This document shows, in pieces, positions 38,288-53,737 of a stretch of 64,000 nt of DNA. The stretch's first letter is position 1. Every line of letters starts with the position of its first letter. This DNA comes from Eledone cirrhosa (lineage: Eukaryota). A program made the translations under genes and the position numbers. The notes beneath the pieces are model-generated. The model saw only the letters and a program-made list of their open reading frames with translations, searched no databases and had not been told where the DNA came from. Location of the stretch: positions 118,482,001 through 118,546,000 of the forward strand of contig OZ024740.1 of NCBI GenBank assembly GCA_964016885.1. Direction: 5' to 3'.

Positions 38288-40925
38288 TATAAGTTAAAGG
38301 ACCCCACAGCCAGTAATAAATTTAAAAGCATATTACATGATGCTTTTGACAGTAAGGAAGAGCAATTAGAGCCGTACAATATAGTGGAACAGTGGGAATT
38401 CCTGAAAGCTAACCTGCTGAAGGCGACAGATGAAATCTGTGGCTGGAGCAGACCTACAGGCAGGAGGAGAGTAACTTGGTGGTGGAACAGTAAGGTGGAG
38501 GAGTCGATCAAGGCCAAAAAGCAGGCTTGGAAAGTATGGCGGGATGGGGGAATTAGAGAAGATTATCAAGTGGCCAGGAGGGAAACTAGGAGACAAGTAC
38601 ACTTCGCAAGAAGGGAAGTAGAGGAAAGAAAGTTCAAGCATGTTCTACAACGCGAGGACCAAAAACGTGAGGTGTTCAGGATTGCTAGACAATGTGTCAA
38701 GGAGAACCGTGAAATTGTCGGGGAGAAGTGTGTCCATAATGATGATGGTGTACTTGCCATCACTGACGCTGATAAGAAGGTAGCTTGGAAGTGTCACTAT
38801 GAAAGGCTAATAAATGAAAAGAATAAATGGGAGAAAGGCAGCCACCCCCACATCGATCCAATAGAGGGACCAGCAGTGCGAGTTGAAGGTAGTATAATAA
38901 GTAAGGCAATCAAAGATATGAAGACGGGTAAGGCGGCGGGCCTTCGGAAATAGTTGCTGAAATGCTGAAAACATCTGGAATGGTGGGACACACTATGATC
39001 ACCCGGATAGTAAACCAAGTTATACAGAATGGGGTCGTACCAAAGGACTGGCGTAGCAGCATCATCATTAACTGCTACAAGGGTAAAGGAGATGCCCTAG
39101 ATAGGGGAAACTATAGAGGCATTAAATTAATTGACCAGGTCATAGAGGTCTCAGAAAAAGTAATAGCGCAACTAATCAGAAAGCGAATTGATCTAGATGA
39201 AATACAGTTAGGGTTTGTTTCAGGTAAAAGTACCACAGACGCTCTTTTCATTGTACGACAACTACAGGAGAAGTACCGAGCTAAAAGTAAACCCCTCTAC
39301 TTAGCTTTTGCAGACCTGGAGAAATCCTTTGACAGAGTTCCCCACTCCATTATCTGGTGAGCTCTTAGAAAACTAGGTGTAGATGAATGGCTTGTGAGAG
39401 CTATACAAGCCATGTATAAAGAAACAGTCAGCAAGGTTAGAATTAACAACGAATATAGTGAAGAGTTTAGTGTAAAAGTTGGTGTTCATCAGGGCTCCAT
39501 CCTTAGCCCTCTCCTATTTATTATCGCCCTCCAAGCTATAACTGAGGAGTTCAAAACCGGCTGCCCATGGGAACTTCTATATGCAGATGATCTAACGCTC
39601 ATAGCCGAATCAATGGCTGACCTAGTGAAGAAATTCCAAACATGGAAGCATGGCCTAGAATCAAAAGGCCTTAAAGTTAACTTGTCTAAGACTAAAGTCC
39701 TAATATGTAGGTAGGAGAAGAGGGCACTGGTCCCATCTGGGAAATGGCCATGCTCAGTGTGTAGGAAAGGAGTAGGCAGAAACTCCATTTTATGTTCCAA
39801 ATGCAAAGTATGGGTGCATAAAAGATGTAATGGGATCACAGGTAAGCTAACTAAGAATATAGATTTCATATGTGACCGGTGCTCAGGTGCACTAAGTAGC
39901 AGCAAATGCCCACAGAATACTAGCTCATTCCATTGCCCAGATGGTTCTATAGAAATAGTGGACACCTTCGTTACCTGGGTGACAAAATCAGCAGTGGTGG
40001 AGGGGTGCTCCGAAAGTACTGTAGCTTGAGTCCGAACGGGTTGGAAAAAGTTCAGAGAGCTTATACCACTATTGGCCGCTAAAGGTTTCTCTCTAAAAAT
40101 AAAAGGCAGGCTGTATGATGCCTGCATACGAACAGCGATGTTACATGTCAGTGAGACATGGGCCTTTGTGTGCAGAGGATTTAGGCAGACTGGAGAGGAA
40201 CGAAGCTTGCATGCTCCGTTGGATGTGTAATAATAATATACGCGAATGGCAAAGCATAAATGAACTAAGTGAGAAATTAGGAATAAAAGGGATCAGATGA
40301 TGTTTACTCGAGAGAAGACTACGTTGGTATGATCACGTGATGCGCATGAAAGATGACAGCTGCATAAAAAAAGTGCAGGACAATCAAAATAGACGGTAGC
40401 TACGGAGTAGGCAGACCCAGAAAAACCTGGGATGAATTGATAAAATCCGATCTCACACACTTACAATGTCACTGGACCGAGATATTTGGCGCTACGTAGT
40501 AATACAGAAGACACGCGTTGCCTAAGTACAAAGCGAAACCTACAGTCATTAGGCACCTCTTAACCAAAATACACGCCCGTCCCACTAACCCTACCCCCAC
40601 CGCCAACTACACCACCCTTTTCGATGTAAAGCTATGTTGGTACCACAACATCCAGTCCTAAATAAATGAGGTCGTGTAGATGTCACGACAAAAAAAAACA
40701 CACAGTCCACGCTGTAATGTGGCCGTGTAAGTAACACGATAAAAACCTCCTAGTGCACACTGTAAACGTGGTTTGTGTTAGGAAGGGCATCTAGCCGTAG
40801 AAAACCCGCCAGACAGTCCTGAGCAAGACAACCAATTTTGCCTCAAGTGGGACAATTCCTGTCCAGACCCATGCTAGCGTGGAAAATGGACGTTAAACGA
40901 TGATGATGATGATGATGATGATGAT
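38288..40925 (+). mobile_element. RTE LINE (5'-truncated) with RT, 3' UTR and (GAT)n tail
   Basis: TWWWN, YKGKGDALDRGNYRGIKL, STTDA, ADLEKSFDRVP, GVHQGSILSPLLF and LLYADDL motifs, with several stops. Confidence 0.93.
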
Positions 40926-40952
40926 ATATATAGAGGCACATGATATATATAT

Positions 40953-41720
40953 GGAGGCACATGGCTTATTGGTTAGAGCATTGGCCATGCAATCGAAAGG
41001 TTGTGAGTTCAATTCTCAGACCGGATGATGTATTGTTTCCTTGAGCAAAACACTTTATTTCACATTGCTCCAGTTTACTCAGCTGTAGAAATGAGATGAT
41101 AGGGACTGCAGTCCATATCATTCCACTGCAAAGTGGTTGTGGAGGTGCCACGGCAAAAAAGCAGCCAGCACTCACTGTAAATGAGGTTGGTGTTAGGAAG
41201 GGCATCCAGCTGTAAAAATCAAGCCAGAATCAGTTCTGGTCCCACCCTTGCAAGCAGGGAAAAAGCGGACGTAAAATGATATGAAATGATGAAAATGATA
41301 TATATATATATATATCATATATATATATATATGTTTTACATATATATATATAGTGGTGGACGGAGGCTCCGTAAGCCGCAGTGTAGGCAACCCGTTTAGG
41401 AGTGCTACAACTCCGAATAAATTGGTGCGGGGTAGGAAGTCCCCTATGTCCAGTAAGACAACTTCCCTCATGCTGGTGGCACCAATAAAAGCACTCAGTC
41501 CATGCTGTAAAATGGAGGGGTAAAGAGGGCCCTTGAGTCCAGTAAGACGATCTCTCTAGTGCTGGTGGCACAAATAAAAGCACACAGTCCATGCTGTGAA
41601 GTGGTGCTGGTGTTAGGAAGGGCATCCAACTAGTATATATATACTACTGCCAAACACTATGCCGTCCAACCCGTGCAAGCAGGGAAAAGCAGACATAAAA
41701 TGATGGTGATGATGATGATA
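40953..41720 (+). mobile_element. tRNA-SINE and adjacent repeats sharing the RTE-type 3' tail
   Basis: tggcttattgg and gagttcaattc boxes. ggtgttaggaagggcatcca..cggacgtaaaatgat tails end near 41290 and 41718. Confidence 0.75.
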
Positions 41721-41889
41721 TATATATATTATATATTTATTAAAATAACAGATTAATGTTAACTTTGCCTTTCATCCTTATGGGGTCGATAAAATAAAGT
41801 ACCAGTAATAAACTGGAATAATTGCTGGCCTTGTGCCAAAAGTAGAAACAATTATTATTACTAAATACATATATATATATAACATGTTT

Positions 41890-41927
<38 letters not shown>

Positions 41928-42429
41928 ACATATATATATGTTTTATATATATTTAACATAGATATAATACTTATGCACACAAATACATATATACTAAACA
42001 TGTGATCTGTACATGTGATCATATATATGTGTGTATATGTGTGTATATTTCACTAATTATTATTTAACATTCATATTTCCTGCTAGCAATGTTTGGATAG
42101 GTCATCAGAATTCAAGTTAATAGTCAATCCGAGCTACTGGCCCCAACGTTTCATCTAGCTTACATATTTCCACACACTACAGAGTGCAACGGGTGCATTT
42201 AATAGAGGTAAAAGTACTAAGTGGAATTATTGTCCTGCGTTGACACAGCTAAAGAGTCAACACATCCCATTGTTTGGCAGGTTATCTGTAGCTGGATGGT
42301 CTTTCTAAGACTGTTACTATAAGATTTAAATGGGGTGGGGGTGGTAATGGGTAGAGTAGAGGTAGGCTTGTAGCTGGCTCATATCATATCTTATGTGCTT
42401 AGGTGGATCTACTACAGTACAACATGTCA

Positions 42430-44290
42430 CTAATCCTCAGCTGCTTACAATGATAGGATAGTTAGTGCCATAAAAGCAAAGTGGCAGAACAGAAAAGGGT
42501 GGAAACAGAGAGTAATATCCAAAATTGCTTGAAAAGAGATTATGAGATAAGCAAGAGATAGGGAAAAGTAAAAAAGAATTTGCTATGTTCAGAGTCATGA
42601 AATGCTGTGAATTGCAAGACTGTGATAGAGAAAATAGGGACATGTTTGGAGAAAGGTTTGTCTGAAATGATAGTTAAGCACTAGCACTGATTGATGCTGA
42701 AAGGAAAGAGGCATGGAAGTCCTATTACAAATGTCTACTTAAGGAAGAAAATAAATGGAACATTGAGGATCAGCAGTATGTTAGATAAAGAGATGAAGGA
42801 TATGAAAGTTGGGAAGGTAGCTGGACCATCCAGTATAGTTGCTAAGATGTTAAAAACAATTGTATGTTAGGTTTCAAACTTATCTGATGCCTAATTAATC
42901 AAGCAGTACAGGATGGTGTCAGCCCCAAGGCCTGAACCAGTCATATCATTGTAAACTGCTACAAAGACAAAGAAACCCCCTAGAGCGAAGTAACTAAAGA
43001 GGCATCAAGTTGATGGATCAGGTCATGAATGTTACTGAAAGGGTTATACCACAACTAATTAGGGACAGAAACAAACTAGGTGAGATGCGGTTTGGCTTTA
43101 TGCCGGGTAGGGGTAATACTTATGCTCTTTTCCGTGTGTGATAACTGCAGGAAAAGTACTTAGCTAAGAGAAAGCCTATGTATTTAGTATTCATTATTCT
43201 AGAAAAGGCCTTTGACAGGGCATTTGCCCTGTAATCCAGCACATATTTATGGAGCTAGGTTTAGACAAATGGCCTGTGAGGGTTTTACAAGCCAAATATT
43301 GAAGTGAAACTAGCAAGATGAGATTTGAAAATGAGTGCAGTGGTTAATTTGAAGTACAGGTGGTGATCCAACAAGACTTGGTCCTCAGTCTATAACTGAA
43401 CAGTTCAAGACTGGCTGATCATGGGAGCTCCTCTATGTTAATGATTTAATCCTTTCATATGAGACAACAATCATGTGACATCTACCTGGTGCTGCAATCT
43501 GCTCATAGTTGTTGGATTAAGGTGCATGAGTTCCACACTTTCAGGTGGATGGAGTTCCGAGCACTCACTTAGTATGTGTTCTGCAGTCTGTTCTGGTAAG
43601 CCATACTGACAAGCCCCATAGAGGTGCCTGGCTTCATTCAATCAGTTGACATTTTCGCATAGCTGATTCAGAGACACCCACTCCTTCCGAGGAGTTTAGC
43701 ATCCGGTGGGAGGGCCGATTTGGGGTTGACATTAAGTTAGGCTGGTCAAGGTGTCTGTTGCCAACTAACTCTCTATGTCTGAAGCTTGTTGAACTTTGAG
43801 CTTTGCAGAAATATTTTGCTGAATCCATGGAAGAGTTAGAGGCAAAATTTCAAGCATGGAAGAAAAATTTATGATCAAAAGGCTTCAAAATATACTTGGG
43901 AAAAGCTGAAGTCTAAATAAGTAGGAAGGAAGGCAGGTCTCTGATACTAAGGGCTGGTAAAAGCCCTATAATGTACACACTACGAACACACAAATTATGA
44001 AGATTGGTTACAGACAAATTAACAAAGTATATAGACTTTTTATGCAGTGGACATAAAGCTGAAATAATCACTAAAAACAGACATAAATAGATTCTCTTAC
44101 ATTCCAGGAAAGCTCTGCGAAAAGCTTTTGTTATTTAAGTAACCTTATCAACAGTGGGAGAATCTGCTCTGAATTTAATTCAGAGTAAGCATCGGATAGG
44201 AGATTAGTGAGCTAATATGAGCTAATATGACTGATAACAACAAAGGCTTCTCTCTCAGAATAATGGATTGAAAGGCCTGCAATGCTATTG
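42430..44290 (+). pseudogene. Heavily decayed RTE LINE RT
   Basis: Remnants of ..VGKVAGPS, GIKLMDQV, LEKAFDR and FKTG.SWELLY. Confidence 0.75.
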
Positions 44291-44824
44291 ATATATAGAG
44301 GTTTTTTAATATAACAGACCCTAAGTTTAAATTAATACAATTATCTTTATACTTTAAGTGTTCAGTTTAGAGAAAAAGAAAGAGAATGCATAATGCTGTT
44401 TATAATGTCAGACAGGTAGAAACTAAATTAATGGAATACAATATACTAAGTAAGAAATTATTTTAGAGGTTATATATAAAAGTGCAAAAACATATTTTAA
44501 TGAGTTCATAGGCAGCCATAGGGGTGAATGGCCTTTGCTAATATACTGACAACCAAGGGCTAATATTTAATAAATAATGCATGAAATATCAACAGTCATA
44601 GAAGGAATCTCCAATGCACTATAGATAATAAATATATTTTAGTGAAATTAATGCTTAATAAAGTTATAATTTAATGACAATGTATTTATGAGAAAATTAG
44701 TTCTTATGTTATTCAAGTTTAGAAACACTCTATAAAATCAAATCTTGATAGAGATGAATTGAAAGTAATACTTAATGATAAAATATAAAAAATGAATAAA
44801 AATCTACCTACATAATAATATGTA

Positions 44825-45385
44825 GTTGAATTCCCAATCATGAGGTTGTGAGTTCAATTCCTAGACTGGGCTATGCATCGTGTTCTTGAGCAAGACACTT
44901 TATTTCATGTTGCTCCAGTTAACTCATCTGTAGAAATGAGTTGTGACATCACTGGTGCCAAGCTGTACCAGCTTTAGCCTTCCCCTTGGTCTGGTATGCA
45001 TGGCCAAGTGCTGGTCTTCTAAAAATAATACACCTTGCCCAGACTGGTACCATGATCATTCATGACAGAAAGGGATCTTTTATATATATATATATATATC
45101 ATCATCATCATCATCATCATCATCAACGTTTAACGTCCGTGTTCCACGCTTGCATGGGTTTGGACGGGGGTAGTCCCATTTGAGGCAAGAGTGATTGTCT
45201 TGCTCGCATAGGACTGTCTGGCAGGTTTTCTACAGTTGGATGCCCTTCCTAACACCAACCACATTTACAGTGTGGGTCTGGGAGGTTTTTACCGTGTTGC
45301 CTACACGGCCACATTGCAGCGTGGACTGTGTGTTTTTTGTCGTGACACCTACACGATCTCATTTGTTTCGGCCTGGATGGCGCTA
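44825..45385. mobile_element. SINE (+, about 44825-45080) and RTE-type 3' tail (-, about 45100-45385); tail copy also at 57900-58272 (+)
   Basis: gagttcaattcc..gttcttgagcaagacacttt, then (CAT)n and aacgtttaacgtccg..ggatgcccttcctaacacc. Confidence 0.75.
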
Positions 45386-45399
45386 TATATATATATATG

Positions 45400-45444
<45 letters not shown>

Positions 45445-45513
45445 ATATATATATATATATGGATATATATATACAATGTAAATTATAAGAGTTGACGATA
45501 CAACTGTATAAGG

Positions 45514-45851
45514 CAGAGTTTCTCAAACTTTTGGGCCCCTGCCCCCCTCACGGCCATGCGATACCCTCAGCGGCACCCAACCCTATTTCCAGAGAATCCT
45601 GCCTACATGCAAATTATAAATAATAAATAAAGTCGTTAATTTATATATAATAAATAATATAATATCTAATATGTATAAATAAATATTCTATATTTTCTAT
45701 TTTACTATATATATACATATGTATCATTCGATATTTAATATACTATTATATCATATCTACCACCACCGTATTGCCTCCTTAGGATGCAGCACCCGCTGGA
45801 CCTTCTCAAGGCCTCCTCAGAGGGCAGTAACGTCCACTTTGAGAACCTCTG
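45514..45851. mobile_element. hAT-type MITE
   Basis: TIRs CAGAGTTTCTCAAA and TTTGAGAACCTCTG; 8-bp TSD gtataagg/atataagg. Confidence 0.8.
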
Positions 45852-48800
45852 ATATAAGGAATTCAGATATTGAAAGCTCTAATATAATTTAATCCACATC
45901 CAGATTGGTGAAAGACAGTTCAGAGCTAAATCCAATTTGTAAAATGGGGGTGCACTAACAGAGTTGTATATGTGTGCTTATGTGAGCACACATGTACCCA
46001 TGCATATTTGAGCCTGTGTGTGTGTCATTATGACTGAGTGTACCTAGATAAATATGTGAACACGTAAGTAATCTGATATAAATGGTAGTAACCTCTAGGT
46101 AAATAATGCTAAAAAATGAAAGCACTTTACAAAGTAATATATCATTGCTAATATAGGCATAGCACTCTTACTCAAGAGCAATGTTAGCTTCGGAGTTAGA
46201 CTGTGCTGGTACATCTTTCATATAGCAATGCAGGTATTCCAAAGTAGACTCAACATAGAGAGAATCCACACATTGAACAACAAGACAAAAGTTTGCTAAA
46301 TATCTATTTTAAGTATGAATAACTATCGTTTCTGTTAGAGGCAGGGGAGAAAAGTTGACCCTAATATTTAACCCAATACTTTATTTATTTTATCGACTCT
46401 AGAAAGCAGAAAAGCAAAGTTAACTTTGGAGGGATAAGAATTTGAAAAGCCAGATCCAATAGCACAAAGCATTTGTCCAATGATTTAATGATTCTGTGAA
46501 TCAATTATCATTTGCCTTATTTGCTGAGTATAAATGTATGTGTGCACACATTTTTATGTCAGCATTGTTTATTGATGAATATATTGCTGTGTTTTGTAAA
46601 TTCTTGTAAATTCCATTATCAAGATTTCAAAATATTGTGTACCTTCGTATTATAATTTTAATGTTAATGTTTTCTTTTTTCTAAGATAGTGTCATTGGCC
46701 TAGAACATGTATCAAGCTAATGACCAGTTAACAAATATATATGAAAATACATAAACAACCACTTGTTTTGTCTTAACACATTTTGAAGACATACTTAATT
46801 AGAAAAATAAGTTAAGCTCCATTTATAAGGTGGCAAATTGGCAGAGCCATTGGAATGTCAGATATAATGCTTTGTGATATTTGTTTTGGCTATCTGCTCG
46901 CTGAGTTCAAATCCTGTTGAGGTCAACTTAGCCTTTCATCCATTTAAGGTCAATAAAAAAATGACTAGGGTGATCCCCCCCCCCCCCCCTATCCTGCCCT
47001 GGAAAAACAACTTGCTGTAATCAGAACTGGAGAGAAGATGAGTTCCATAACGTTTTAAAATGTACTAGAAATGTCATATGCCAATACAGCATCATGAGTT
47101 ATGGGTAAAAGAAGAAAGACATATATATATATATATCAGTTTTTAGTGTTCAACTAATATAACTAACATATTAGATAAATTCTTCAACTAAAAATGTAAA
47201 TTGATATGTAATACTGTAGTATATGGTATATATAACAATAGATGTTTATATTCCATAATGTGCAAGGCTAGCCTTTTCATCATCATCATTATTTAATGTC
47301 AGATTTTCTATGCTGGTATGGGTTGGATGGTACATCACAGAACAAATCAGTACTTAACTAGAGTTACTACCCTCCTCAATGAGCTACATATTGTTTCCAG
47401 ACGTTCTGGTTTTGACATGGTTTCTACAGTCTGATGCCCTTCTTATTATCAATCGCTTTATATAGTGTATTTATTATGAGCATTGTTTCAAGGTAGCAGT
47501 ACTAGGAAGGTTATATATGCCCATCATACAATTGAAGATTCTTCCCAGCCTAAAACTTAATATTAAGCTAAGGTCATAGAAAATAAGGAGAATCAGAACT
47601 AACTGTATCACTAACTGTAAGTAATATGAAAAGTGTTTTAAATATACATGCAATCACTTGGAAACGTTTGACACCTGGAAAAACATTAACCTTAGTCTAC
47701 ACAAATATTAACTTTGGTTCTTAACCCATTAATATTTACATTACTCTATATTTACTATTGCATTTTCTCGGTAAATGCTTTATCTTACATAATTATCTCA
47801 CATAATATCGAATCTACGAGGTTTTGATATTATTTATTTTGAGAACAATACCTTAATATCAATATGAGTGGCCAGTTACAGCCAGTTTCAACAGAAAGAA
47901 GTGAGAGAATTCTGATTGGATATGGCCAGTTTAAATGCTAAAATAATTTTATTATAACTTTAACCTTGTATTTCATATATATCACTACATAAAATGTATT
48001 CGTCTCTGCGATTATGTTACTTAGCAGCTACTCAGATATGAAACAATCTGATAAAAGAAAAACAAATACAGTCAAATTATTACCTTTCTGTTGATCATAA
48101 TTTATGTGACTTTATGTGCTTTGCGTAAATTCAAGTAAGTTCGGGCCTTCTAAGTGTTCAACATAATCTTATTTACAGTCAATAAAACAATTCTCTTTGG
48201 TCATTGAGCTTTTCTTTAAAGCCATTCTCAATATAAATTTTTATTTCACCCACCACAGTTAAATCCCTAAATGTATTCAATTTGAAAGGAAACCAAGGTT
48301 TAAGAATGCAAGATAGTTAACAATAAAGAGAAAATAATTCCAATGGAAGACTCAGTTCACCAGAAATGTTAAGGGGAAAAAAATCACTATTTTGCATGAT
48401 TCAAATACAGCTTGACAGGTTACTGCTGATTAAATATCCTTATCAAGATCATTCTAAGGCACATAATGGAAATATATATTTCATGGTTTTCACAAAATGA
48501 GGCAAAAGAAAAATCCCCAAATCTCTTAATGTAGTTAATTTTGTGTAAAATGTTGGATTTCTTGATATTATCTGTTGACATAAAATAACAATATTTAGAA
48601 TTAATATTGTAACTGAATATTTTAACCACATCCAATCCCATAAAGAGATTCCTATAACTCTGTCATAGTTTCATGAAACAGTATGATGAAGTGGTTTATG
48701 ATTATCTCCTCAAAAAAATGAATCTCAAATGTATTAATTTTGATACCAACCAGCTAAAAGTCACTTTTGGTTCTATACAAAACATCCATTTTAAAAGATT

Positions 48801-49699
48801 CCTATTTATATAAAAAATTTCAATAGTTTGACAAAAGAACCTCTATTTTAGGTATGTTAGAAATACCATCCTACTAAGAAAATGATTAAAGTACTGTGTT
48901 GTACATTAAAAATATAATCACCAAAGGTTTAAAAGAATGAATAGAAAATAGGTTCTAATCCTTTATTCTAATGACTGCAACTAAGATTTGAAACCTATGT
49001 AGATTCAGCACACCAGATGCATTTGCATTTACCAGTAGATTTGACTTTAAAATGATATTAATTAATCAACATCATTTCGATACACTCATACCGCAATACA
49101 TGTTCTAACACTAAAATATATGCAGCTATAATATATATATATATATAGTTCTTATATATTTGATATATATTTATCCTTATCGTGCCCTCTTTGGATTTTA
49201 GTCTTCACATTTATTATCATTACTATATATATATATATATGGTCTATTCTGGTTACTTGAAAGCATATCCATAAACGTGAAAGCAATTACAACAATTATT
49301 AATAATTCCCTTCTAGATCTGCTGAGATATACAATCAACCAAAAGGACCATTGAATGAAACCATAGTTTTGATAATATGTATTCATTTTTACCTTACATA
49401 TGAATGAACCTATATGTAAAACCTGCACAATCAAGACTGATGATAAATCCAAAACAAGTTCTTTAAATTTGAAAACACCAGAGGGCTCTTGCTCCAAGTC
49501 CACCTATAGTTTAATCCTCCACATAATTGTTTCTACTATTGGCACAAGGCCAGCAATTATCCAGTACATTACTGGTAGTATATTTTATCGACCCCCGTAA
49601 GGATGAAAGGCAAAGTGAAGCTCGGCGGGATTTGAACTCAGAATGGCAAGGGCCGTAACTCTATGCGTTCCTCCACATAATGAATTAGTTACTATCAAA

Positions 49700-51145
49700 A
49701 TATCTTCTCATTTCTTTAGACTATTGAATAAGAACTTTCCAGGTATCATCGAATCTTAAATAGTAAATCAGTCCGATTGCCATACTCTACCATGGCAAAC
49801 CTCAGTAGGTTCATTATAGGATTAATAATAAATGCCTCCGGGAGTTTAACAAAATCAACCAGCATGAACCAGTACATGTATTAAACTCCACTATTAGAAA
49901 AACTAATCAATCATCTTCCCAATCCTCCACATCAGGCAGAGATACACACCCATTTTGATCGATCGAACAACATGTGTGAATCCAATCCAACCACCCCATA
50001 TCTTGAATACCATCCCAAATGCAAGAAGAAACAATCACCCCATACACTTTGCAGGGATACACTGCAGGTAACCTAATAAATGTCCTCTAAATGGAAAATG
50101 CATGTATAAAAACATTGTTTATCAATGTGTGGTGGAAACCAAATTGGGGATATATAAATATATGGGTGCCACATCCAACTTTTTTTTAAAAAGATGGTAT
50201 GTGAACACCCATTCATTCAAGAATCCCGAGCTAAGTAAATCATCTGCTCTGGCTAAAAAAATCTGGGACTTAAAATGGGATAATATGGATTACACATTTT
50301 CTTGGTCAGGGTTATGATTCACCTGTCCATACCAAAATGAATGGTGCTTCTGCAATCTTTGTGTGATGAAAATATTGGAGATTATGACTGGATCAGGTCA
50401 GTTGAACTCTCGGTAGAGCAAAATCTTTAACTACCAACGTAAAGCATTACAAAATTTTGCTAATCATCAATCTGACTAGCATAAGATTGAATCATGTGTC
50501 TCTGTATCCATTCTACTTGAAATACTCATCCTTTACACCACTTCCCTTGTTGCTGCCTTTGCTTATCTTGGTGCACACTTATCTCTTCTGTTGTTGGTTT
50601 CTGTTGAGATTAAAACCAATACTTTGTCCCTCAATTTAATTCATAACATTTCAACATAATCTTACCATTCCTGGTCACTTTCGTTTCCTTTCTTTTTCTC
50701 TTTTCTCTTCTTCCTCTGTCTCTCTCTCTCTTTCCCTATCCACAATATATGATGAAAGTAAGTTCCTTGACCAAGCTTAGTCCTTCCTCTTTGAAAACTC
50801 CTACTTACAACTCTACTAAACTTCTCATTGCTCATTTGGATTGTAATCCCTCCCCCACACTGCATACAAATCTAGTATCTATACTTGGTATAATTATTGT
50901 AATTCATGTACTTATTGTTTATCTATTATTTTTGTTATTTGTATATTGTATTATGATTCTGATATCTCTATTTACCAATGTTTTCTACATTGCCTTTGTC
51001 AACAGTAAGTAATGCTTATTGCAGAAATGCAGTACACACAACTAGGAACATAACCAATTTTTCTTCTTCCCTGTTAATTTTTTGTTTTACTTCTGAAGAA
51101 GTGCAATCATAGACACGTAATGCATATGAAAGAACATTATATAAT
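49700..51145 (+). mobile_element. Decayed PLE GIY-YIG and 3' UTR ending in a decayed HHR (51085-51145)
   Basis: CPLNGKCMYKNIVYQCVV..YMGATSN..KRWY..HSFKN; CTGAAGA-aGTGCA..TGCATat-GAAA. Confidence 0.75.
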
Positions 51146-51482
51146 AAGGGTAGTGGATTGGCAGTATCAGTAGAGGGTCAGACGCCATGCTTTGCAGCAC
51201 TGAGTTACGGCCCTTTACGGTCTAAGTTCAAATCCCGCTGAGGTTAACTTTGCTTTTCATCCTCACGGGAGTCGATAAAATAAAGCACCAGTAATGCACT
51301 GGGATAATTACTGGCCTTGAGCCAAAAGTATAAACAATTATATAATCTAGTCAGCAGATGTAGACTGTTATGTAATTGTGCAGAAACGTATGTTAATGAT
51401 TGAATACACAAATTTCTTCTTCTGTCCACATCTTCCTACCAAGATTTTTCTGATACCATATTCATACTTATATATATATGAC

Positions 51483-52682
<1,200 letters not shown>

Positions 52683-52767
52683 GTGCGTTATTCCGGGTGA
52701 ATCGGCGGTAACCACAATAAGTAAGGTACTCAATAGATAGCAGAGTATAACAGTTTTAATATAGATG

Positions 52768-52818
52768 AAATTCTACAGGACTAGAACTGTTTCATTCTTT
52801 AGAAATCATCAGGAATCT
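52768..52818 (-). ncRNA. Type I hammerhead (family D)
   Basis: Minus: AGATTC-CTGATGA-tTTC taaa GAAt-GAAA-CAG ttctagtc CTG-TA-GAATTT. Confidence 0.85.
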
Positions 52819-53358
52819 GGGTATCAAAAAATAAATATGGTATTTATAGATCTCTTCAGGTGGTAGGAGAGGGTAGGGAGTGAGATGGGTAGAGGTCATT
52901 GGTTGATAGAAAAGGGAATTCATTAAAAGCTAATTCTTTAAAGCTATAATTTATATTTAGAGCAACAAAGGCAGAGAGAATTCTATAAACAAGTACAGAA
53001 TGGGGTGCCACTCCTTATTTTTAAGTTTCTCTTAAGCTAACAATGCCTATATTTCAGGTGTCTATGAGATCGTTGGGGGTCAGTCATGGTTGAAGGATGT
53101 AAAGAAAAGGGAAATTCTTTAAAAGCTAATTCTTTAAAGTTCTACTTAGTGACAAAGGCCGATAGAATTCTATAGATCAGTTCAAAATATTGAGTGCATA
53201 TCATACCATTATCTTCAAATTTCTCTTAAACTATATTGCAAAAGTCAACAGACACATTCACAAACACACACACTAACACACTCCCCCCCCCCCACGCGCC
53301 CACATATATACAATATATATACACATATATATACATACATACACATATATACACACAT

Positions 53359-53407
<49 letters not shown>

Positions 53408-53410
53408 AAT

Positions 53411-53447
<37 letters not shown>

Positions 53448-53508
53448 TATACACACATACATATACACACATACATACACAAAAACACACACACATATAT
53501 ATATATAT

Positions 53509-53577
<69 letters not shown>

Positions 53578-53624
53578 CATACACATATATACACATATAC
53601 ATACATATACACACACATACATAC

Positions 53625-53689
<65 letters not shown>

Positions 53690-53690
53690 C

Positions 53691-53734
<44 letters not shown>

Positions 53735-53737
<3 letters not shown>

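Noticed and set aside
37075-40925. Head-to-head RTE pieces as one twin-primed insertion
   Set aside because: Both pieces contain the same 3' region and tail and are clearly diverged, so they are two insertions.
47720-48930. Two possible TTAA-type MITEs (about 47720-47945 and 48735-48930)
   Set aside because: The terminal repeats are too decayed to support from this window alone.
49437-49475. CTGATGA..GAAA on plus
   Set aside because: No convincing stem I or stem III with an NUH site.
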